A stretch of DNA of 64,000 bases from positions 1,317,221-1,381,220 of the forward strand of contig CAVUWY010000002.1 in NCBI GenBank assembly GCA_963745405.1, read 5' to 3'. The position numbers and the translations under genes are program-made. Below the pieces are notes generated by a model that saw only the letters and a list, made by a program, of their open reading frames with translations, did no database searches and had not been told where the DNA came from. Source of the DNA: an uncultured Chloroflexia bacterium. GTDB lineage: Bacteria; Chloroflexota; Limnocylindria; Limnocylindrales; CSP1-4. Below are positions 57,731-64,000 of this stretch, in pieces (position 1 is the stretch's first letter; every line of letters starts with the position of its first letter).

Positions 57731-58657
57731 ATGAGCGGCCGCGTCTTCGTCGTCGGGTCGATCAACGTCGACCTCGTCGTTCGCAGCGTGCGACTGCCGT
57801 CGCCCGGCGAGACGACGACAGGCGGCGTCTTCGAGCGACATCACGGCGGCAAGGGGGCTAACCAGGCGGTCGCCGCAGCCCGCCTCGGGGCGACGACGGC
57901 GTTCATCGGCGCAGTCGGCGGCGACCGCTTCGGAGCGGAGGCGCGGTCCGCACTCGTCGAGGCCGGCGTGGCGTCCGGCGGTCTGGTCACCATAGCGGAC
58001 GAGGCGACCGGGGTCGCCCTCATCCTCGTCGACGATGCGGGCGAGAACCTCATCGGCGTCGCCTCGGGAGCCAACGGCCGCCTGACGGCGGCGGTCGTCA
58101 CGGGCGCGTTGGACCGAGCCGGTCGGCTCGACGGCGACGTCGTCCTCGTGAGCCGGGAGATCCCGCCGACCGCCGTCCAGGCCGCGCTGCGAGTCGCCAA
58201 GGCCCGCGGCGCACGGACGATCCTCAACCCCGCGCCGGCCGACGGACTCGCGCCGGGCGACCTTGCCGACGTCGACATCCTCACCCCGAACCAGGGGGAA
58301 CTGGAGGCGATCGCCCGACGACCGGCCGGCCCGGTCGAGGCGCGCGCCGTCCGGCTCCTCGCTCCGGGGCTCGTCCGGGAGGCGGTCGTCGTCACCCTCG
58401 GGCGCGAGGGCGCGCTCGTCGCCGGTGCGGCAGGCGTGAGACGCGTCCCCGCACCCGCGTTGACCGCGATCGATGCGACCGGTGCCGGCGATGCGTTCAA
58501 CGGCGCCCTCGCTGCGATGCTCGCGTCCGGCCTCGACCTCGGCGTCGCGGTCGAGCGAGCGGTCACCGCGGCGACCCTGTCGACGACCGTCGCTGGCGCC
58601 CGCGAAGGGATGCCCACCGTGGCCGAGCTCGAGGCGGCGCTCGCGGCGCGGCCCTGA
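57731..58657 (+). CDS. rbsK: Ribokinase (PfkB)
   Basis: GSINVD, GGKGANQA, DATGAGDAF. Confidence 0.8.
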   Translation: MSGRVFVVGSINVDLVVRSVRLPSPGETTTGGVFERHHGGKGANQAVAAARLGATTAFIGAVGGDRFGAEARSALVEAGVASGGLVTIADEATGVALILVDDAGENLIGVASGANGRLTAAVVTGALDRAGRLDGDVVLVSREIPPTAVQAALRVAKARGARTILNPAPADGLAPGDLADVDILTPNQGELEAIARRPAGPVEARAVRLLAPGLVREAVVVTLGREGALVAGAAGVRRVPAPALTAIDATGAGDAFNGALAAMLASGLDLGVAVERAVTAATLSTTVAGAREGMPTVAELEAALAARP

Positions 58658-58669
58658 CCCGGAGTCCGG

Positions 58670-59866
58670 TCAGGCCAGCCCGCGCGCCCGGAGGTTCGCC
58701 CAGAATCCCCGGATGCCGAGCGTCCAGGGCGGCAGGTCCTCGCTGATGCCCACCCAGTTCGTGAGGCGGCCGAGGTGGGGGCTCTCGATCTCGACCCGGT
58801 CTCCGAGGCGGTGGGTGAAGCCGCCGCCGGGCGTCAGCCGGTCGACCGTCGGCACGTACATCGTCCCGAGGAAGAGGGCGTAGCCATCGGGGTAGCGGTG
58901 CGACCCAGCGCCGACCTGGTGGACGAGGTCCGCCGGCCGGCGACTGATCTCCGCCAGCCGGTTCGTGCCACGGAGATCGAGGCCATCGTCGCCGACGACG
59001 CGCAGGGCGACCTCCGTCGCCATGAGCGCATCGAGGGTGAAGCCCCCTGCCCGATCCTCGAAGAGGCGGATCCACGGCCCGACCGCCGCGCTCGCCGTGT
59101 TGTCCTTGGCCTCGCCGAGGAGGAGCGCGCTGCGACCCTCGAAGTCGCGGAGGTTGACGTCGTTGCCGAGGGTCGCGCCGACGATCCGGTTTCGCGAGTC
59201 GACGACGAGGACCACCTCCGGCTCCGGGTTGTTCCAGGCCGATGCCCGGCGGACCCCGACGTGATCGCCGGTGCCGACCGTGGAGAGGACCGGGGCCTTG
59301 GTGAAGACCTCGGCGTCGGGCCCGATGGCGACTTCGAGGTATTGCGACCAGAGGCCCTCGGCGATCAACTGGGCCTTGAGGGCGGCCGCCGCCTCGCTGC
59401 CCGGCACGACCCGGTGGAGATCGCCACCGATCGTCTCGCCGAGCCGCGCCCGCAGCTCGGCCGAGCGGCCGGCATCGCCCCGCGAGCGCTCCTCGATGAC
59501 CCGCTCCAGGGCGCTGACGGCGAACGTCACCCCGCAGGCCTTGACGACCTCGAGGTCGATCGGGCTGAGGAAGTGGAGCGTGTCCGGCCCCCGCCGCGCC
59601 GGATGCGACCCGGCGAGCGTGTCCTCCAGCGACCCGAGACGCAACAGGTCGCCGGACGCAACGAGATCCGCAAGGTCGGTCCGGTCGAGCAGGTCGGCCA
59701 CGGTCGGGGCGACACCGCTCAGGTCGAACACCCCGTCGCGACGGACCGCTACCGGGGTCGGTCCGCCGATCCCGTGCGGGCACATCGCGGCCGGCAGGTG
59801 GACGCGACCGATCGACGGCCCGGCCGGCGGCTCACCGCCGAGGGGCTCGTTCGTAGTCGCGGGCAA
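58670..59866 (-). CDS. FAH family protein (XylX-like dehydratase)
   Basis: WNNPEPE, GNDVNLRDFEGRSALLLG.AKD. Confidence 0.8.
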   Translation of the reverse strand: MPATTNEPLGGEPPAGPSIGRVHLPAAMCPHGIGGPTPVAVRRDGVFDLSGVAPTVADLLDRTDLADLVASGDLLRLGSLEDTLAGSHPARRGPDTLHFLSPIDLEVVKACGVTFAVSALERVIEERSRGDAGRSAELRARLGETIGGDLHRVVPGSEAAAALKAQLIAEGLWSQYLEVAIGPDAEVFTKAPVLSTVGTGDHVGVRRASAWNNPEPEVVLVVDSRNRIVGATLGNDVNLRDFEGRSALLLGEAKDNTASAAVGPWIRLFEDRAGGFTLDALMATEVALRVVGDDGLDLRGTNRLAEISRRPADLVHQVGAGSHRYPDGYALFLGTMYVPTVDRLTPGGGFTHRLGDRVEIESPHLGRLTNWVGISEDLPPWTLGIRGFWANLRARGLA

Positions 59867-59885
59867 GAGCGCGGCGGTCGCTTCC

Positions 59886-60215
59886 TCAGTCGACGTGGAA
59901 CACCTCCGGGATCGTGTGCCACCACTCGCCCTCGGCCCGGTCCGGCAGCGCCTCCTGCATCGGGCCGACGAGGGCCCACCACTCGCGGGTCACGGGATCG
60001 TCGGCCATCCGCGACATGTCCGCCTCGTAGTCGTCCCCGGTGTACTCGAAGTAGGCGAAAAGCCGATCGTCGTGGCGGAAGATGGAGTAGTTGCGGATGT
60101 TGCAAGCGCGGATCGTGGCGAGGACACCCGGCCAGACCGCGGCGTGGAGGCGCTCGTATTCGGCAGCCTGGGCCGGGTCGATCCCGATCACCTGACCGAA
60201 CCGCCGCACCGTCAT
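59886..60215 (-). CDS. L-rhamnose/L-fucose mutarotase
   Basis: EY..LH..VWP, NYSIF. Confidence 0.85.
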   Translation of the reverse strand: MTVRRFGQVIGIDPAQAAEYERLHAAVWPGVLATIRACNIRNYSIFRHDDRLFAYFEYTGDDYEADMSRMADDPVTREWWALVGPMQEALPDRAEGEWWHTIPEVFHVD

Positions 60216-61075
60216 TGCGCCTCCCCCTCGCTCGTTCCTGGGTCCGCGATCCGGTAGATGCGCGAAGCGGTCCCGCCGAGGACCGCCTCGCGCGCCTCGG
60301 CCGGTCGAGCCGCCAGGAGCTCCTGGGTGGCCGCGAACACCCGTTCATAGCCACCCCCGAGCTCGGATACCGGCCAGTCGCTGCCGAACATCAGCCGGTC
60401 CGCGCCGAATACGTCGAAGGCGAGGTCGACCGCCGGGCGCAGCGTGTCGGTGGACCAGCCGGGTCCGGCGCCGGTATCGAGGCCGGACACCTTGGCGACC
60501 ACGTTCGGACGATCGGCCGCGGCGGCCAGCTGGGCCGCCCAATCGCCCATCCGATCGGTCCCGAAGGGCGGCTTGGCGAGATGGTCGATGACGAGCGTGA
60601 GCGTCGGGAACCGGGCGGCGAGGGCCGGCACGTGGCGGAGGTGGTCGGGGTAGACGGCGACGAGGTCGTAGGCGAGTCCCCGCTCCTCCAGCACGGCGAG
60701 CCCGTCGAGGACAGCCGGCCGGAGGATCCAGTCGGGGTCGGCCTCGTTGTGGATAAGGTGGCGCACGCCGCGGAACCGCGGGTGAGGGCAGAAGGCATCG
60801 AGGCGGCGCCCGGCCTCCGCGGGCCGCTCGAGCGGCACCCAGCCGACGACGGCGCCGATCCACTCGTGGGTGTCGGCCGCGGCGAGCATCATGTCGGTCT
60901 CTCGCGTGTCGTTGGCAGCCTGGACGAGGACGGTCCGGTCGATGCCGGCGGCGAGGAGGTGAGGCTCGATCTCGGCGACCTCGATCGTCCGGAAGATCGG
61001 TCCCTCGGCCGGGGTCGGCCAGCGGTACATCCCGGTCGCCAGGTCCCAGGCGTGGTGGTGGGCGTCGACGCGCAT
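60212..61075 (-). CDS. Amidohydrolase (L-fuconolactonase-like)
   Basis: DAHHH, IDHLAKP, FGSDWP. Confidence 0.85.
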   Translation of the reverse strand: MRVDAHHHAWDLATGMYRWPTPAEGPIFRTIEVAEIEPHLLAAGIDRTVLVQAANDTRETDMMLAAADTHEWIGAVVGWVPLERPAEAGRRLDAFCPHPRFRGVRHLIHNEADPDWILRPAVLDGLAVLEERGLAYDLVAVYPDHLRHVPALAARFPTLTLVIDHLAKPPFGTDRMGDWAAQLAAAADRPNVVAKVSGLDTGAGPGWSTDTLRPAVDLAFDVFGADRLMFGSDWPVSELGGGYERVFAATQELLAARPAEAREAVLGGTASRIYRIADPGTSEGEAQ

Positions 61076-61188
61076 CGGTGGACCATCGGCTTGGGCCGGC
61101 GGGGCGCGGCCACTGGCTGCTAGGGTACGGGAGCGCCCGGTCGGTCCGCCCGGCCGGACCAGTCCCACCATCGCCTGGGGAGGTTCCG

Positions 61189-62508
61189 ATGCCCGGCACG
61201 ATCGTCGCGCTCGAGGTCGAGGACATCCGCTTCCCCACGTCCCGTGAGCTCGACGGCTCCGACGCGATGAATACCGATCCGGACTACTCGGCGGCGTACG
61301 TCGTCCTGCGGACCGATCGCGGCGACGGGATCGAGGGCCACGGCCTGACGTTCACCACCGGCCGTGGCACCGAGCTCTGCGTCGCCGCGGTGGCGGCGCT
61401 CGCCCCGCACGTCGTCGGGCGCTCGATCGACGGCATCCTCGGCGACCTGGGCGGCTTCTGGCGATCCCTCGTCGGCGACACCCAGCTGCGCTGGGTCGGG
61501 CCGGAGAAGGGCGTCATCCACCTCGCCACGGCCGCCATCGTCAACGCTGTCTGGGATCTCTACGCCAAGCTCGAGGGCAAGCCGTTGTGGGGCCTCCTCG
61601 TCGACCTCCCGCCGGCTGAGATCGTCGGGGCGATCGACTTCCGCTACCTGAGCGACGCCCTGCCGCCGAGCCTCGCCCTCGAGTACCTCGAGCGCCTCGC
61701 TCCGACCAAGGCCGACCGCGTCGAGGCCGTCCTGCGCGACGGGCTCCCCGCCTATACCACCTCGGTCGGCTGGCTCGGCTATTCCGACGAGAAGATCCGT
61801 CGGCTGTGCCGGGAGGCGCTGGCCGCCGGGTTCACTGCCTTCAAGCAGAAGGTCGGGGCGGACCTCGCGGACGACATCCGGCGGGCGACGATCATCCGGG
61901 AGGAGATCGGGCCCGGCCATCGCCTGATGATGGACGCGAACCAGCGCTGGGACGTCGCCGAGGCGATCCGCTGGATGGGAGCCCTCGCCCGATTCGACCC
62001 GTACTGGATCGAGGAGCCGACGAGCCCCGACGACGTCCTCGGCCACGCCGCCATCGCCCGTGGCGTGGCGCCGATCCTCGTCGCCACCGGAGAGCACGTC
62101 CAGAACCGGGTCATGTTCAAGCAGTTCCTCGCCGCCGGCGGGATGCAGGTCTGCCAGATCGACGCCTGCCGGCTCGGCGGGGTGAACGAGGTCCTGGCCG
62201 TCCTCCTCCTCGCCCGGCGCTTCGACGTGCCGGTCTGTCCGCACGCCGGTGGCGTCGGCCTGTGCGAGCTCGTCCAGCACCACGCGATCTTCGACTACGT
62301 CGCGGTGAGCGGCGACCTCGACGGCCGGATGGTCGAGTACGTCGACCACCTCCATGAGCACTTCCTCGACCCGGTCGTCGTGCGCGGCGGCCGCTACATC
62401 GCCCCGTCGATGCCCGGCTTCTCGGCCGAGATGAAGCCCGAGTCGAGGGCGGCCCACCGCTTCCCGAACGGGGCCGTCTGGCGTTCCGAGGCGGCGGTCG
62501 TCGCCTGA
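61189..62508 (+). CDS. L-fuconate dehydratase (enolase superfamily)
   Basis: [30 protein letters not shown]. Confidence 0.88.
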   Translation: MPGTIVALEVEDIRFPTSRELDGSDAMNTDPDYSAAYVVLRTDRGDGIEGHGLTFTTGRGTELCVAAVAALAPHVVGRSIDGILGDLGGFWRSLVGDTQLRWVGPEKGVIHLATAAIVNAVWDLYAKLEGKPLWGLLVDLPPAEIVGAIDFRYLSDALPPSLALEYLERLAPTKADRVEAVLRDGLPAYTTSVGWLGYSDEKIRRLCREALAAGFTAFKQKVGADLADDIRRATIIREEIGPGHRLMMDANQRWDVAEAIRWMGALARFDPYWIEEPTSPDDVLGHAAIARGVAPILVATGEHVQNRVMFKQFLAAGGMQVCQIDACRLGGVNEVLAVLLLARRFDVPVCPHAGGVGLCELVQHHAIFDYVAVSGDLDGRMVEYVDHLHEHFLDPVVVRGGRYIAPSMPGFSAEMKPESRAAHRFPNGAVWRSEAAVVA

Positions 62509-62510
62509 CG

Positions 62511-63506
62511 ATGGCCGAGGCCGACGGAGCGCCCGGCGCGGCGATCGACCTCGGCCTGCGCCGCCCGGTCGGTTCGACCGGGTTGTCGGTCGGACCACTC
62601 GGGTACGGGACGGCTCCACTCGGCTCGATGCCCGACGTCTTCGGCTTCGAGGTCCCCGAGGATCGGGCGCTGGCGACCGTCCGGGCGGTCCTCGACAGCC
62701 CGATCGGGCTCATCGATACCGCAGCGATCTACGGCGACGGCGAGAGTGAGCGGCGGATCGGCGTCGTCCTCGCCGAGCGAGGCGGCGTGCCGCCCGGCGT
62801 CCTCATCTGCACGAAGGCGGATCGCGACCATGCCACCCTCGCCTTCGACGGCGCGCAGATCCGCCGCTCGGTCGAGGGCAGTCGCCGACGGCTCGGCATG
62901 GACCACCTGCCGCTCGTCCTCCTCCACGACCCGGAGTACACCCACGCCACGTTCCAGGAGACGATGGGTCCGGGCGGCGCGGTCCCGGCCCTCCTCGACC
63001 TCCGCGACGAGGGTGTGATCGGCCACATCGGCATCGGCGCCGGCCCCGTCGGGATGCTCCGCCAGTACGTCGATACGGGGGTCATCGAGGTCCTCCTCAC
63101 CCACAACCGATACACCCTGGTGGACCGCTCCGCGGCCGCGCTCATCGAGCACGCGGTCGAGCGCGGCGTGGCCGTCTTCAATGGCGGCGTCTACGGCAGC
63201 GGCATCCTCGCCAAGGGGTCGGCGGCCTACGCCCGGTACGGATATCGAGACGCAGAGCCCGCCATGCTCGAGCGGGTCCGGGCCATCGAGACCCTCTGCG
63301 CCGAGGCGGGCATCCCGATGGGAGCCGCCGCGCTCCGGTTCTCGATGCGCAACCCGCTCATCACCTCGACGGTGGTGGGGATGACGAGTCCCGATCGGGT
63401 GGCGGCGACGCTGGCTTTCGTCGACACGGTCATCCCCGAGGGGTTCTGGGACGAGGTGGAGTCGCTCGGGATGACGGCGGAGGATCCGGCGGCCGATCGC
63501 TGGTAG
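62511..63506 (+). CDS. Aldo/keto reductase (D-threo-aldose 1-dehydrogenase-like)
   Basis: DTA..YG.G.SE, LHDP, RYTL. Confidence 0.8.
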   Translation: MAEADGAPGAAIDLGLRRPVGSTGLSVGPLGYGTAPLGSMPDVFGFEVPEDRALATVRAVLDSPIGLIDTAAIYGDGESERRIGVVLAERGGVPPGVLICTKADRDHATLAFDGAQIRRSVEGSRRRLGMDHLPLVLLHDPEYTHATFQETMGPGGAVPALLDLRDEGVIGHIGIGAGPVGMLRQYVDTGVIEVLLTHNRYTLVDRSAAALIEHAVERGVAVFNGGVYGSGILAKGSAAYARYGYRDAEPAMLERVRAIETLCAEAGIPMGAAALRFSMRNPLITSTVVGMTSPDRVAATLAFVDTVIPEGFWDEVESLGMTAEDPAADRW

Positions 63507-63562
63507 CGCCCGGGCGGCGTTTCAGCCTCGCGCGGGGGCCCGTTGTTCGCCCGCGATCCTGG

Positions 63563-63997
63563 TCACTTGGCCTTGGCGGTCGCCGCCTGGCAGGCCGGAC
63601 AGAGACCGGACATGGCGAGCCGATGGGTGTCGATCGCGTAGCCGGTCCGCTTGGCGATCTTCTTCGTCAGCGCCTTGATGCCGCGATCGTCGATGTCGGT
63701 GATCCGGCCGCAGCGCGAGCAGATGACGTGATGATGGTGCTCGGGCCCGCTTCCGACGTAGGCGTGGCGGCCGTCCGGCAGTTCGATGCGCTCGACGGCG
63801 CCGAGCTCGAGGAACAGGTCAAGCGTCCGGAAGACGGTCGCCCGGCCGAGTCCCGGTCGCTCCACCTTCGCCTGGGCGACGAGCTCGGCCGCGGTGAACG
63901 CGCCGACGCGCCCGTCGATCAATTCGGCGACGGCCCGGCGGGGAGCGGTGAGTCGCCGACCTGATGTATCGAGGGTGCGGACGATGGAGCGAGCCAC
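63563..63997 (-). CDS. Fur family regulator
   Basis: ATVFRTL, HHHHVICSRCG, CPAC; start at the window edge. Confidence 0.9.
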   Translation of the reverse strand: MARSIVRTLDTSGRRLTAPRRAVAELIDGRVGAFTAAELVAQAKVERPGLGRATVFRTLDLFLELGAVERIELPDGRHAYVGSGPEHHHHVICSRCGRITDIDDRGIKALTKKIAKRTGYAIDTHRLAMSGLCPACQAATAKAK

Positions 63998-64000
63998 GGC

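Overview
High-GC bacterial chromosome segment. The gene repertoire (F420-dependent PPOX/nitroreductase enzymes, STAND class III cyclase, ECF sigma with beta-propeller anti-sigma, many apparently leaderless genes) suggests a Chloroflexota or Actinomycetota-like organism; this is inference. The left third (1-19.8 kb) is an accessory region ending at tRNA-Arg(CCG). It carries copies of the tRNA 3' end, decayed recombinase-like C-termini that read through the att core, a VapBC module, ClC, ABC and P-type transporters, and two near-identical yybP-ykoY-type riboswitches. The 22-36 kb region is a cluster of uncharacterised membrane/DUF genes around a MalT-like LuxR regulator, with a 16-bp box upstream of three transcription units. 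Further right are a MerR-ArsC fusion, an AlkZ-like glycosylase, a class III cyclase, an unannotated promoter-to-terminator structured RNA candidate (about 43980-44158), an ltaE-DUF885-hisA-like-cyclophilin operon, tRNA-Asp, and a non-phosphorylative fucose/arabinose-type sugar catabolism cluster. Family names come from motif recognition, not database searches.
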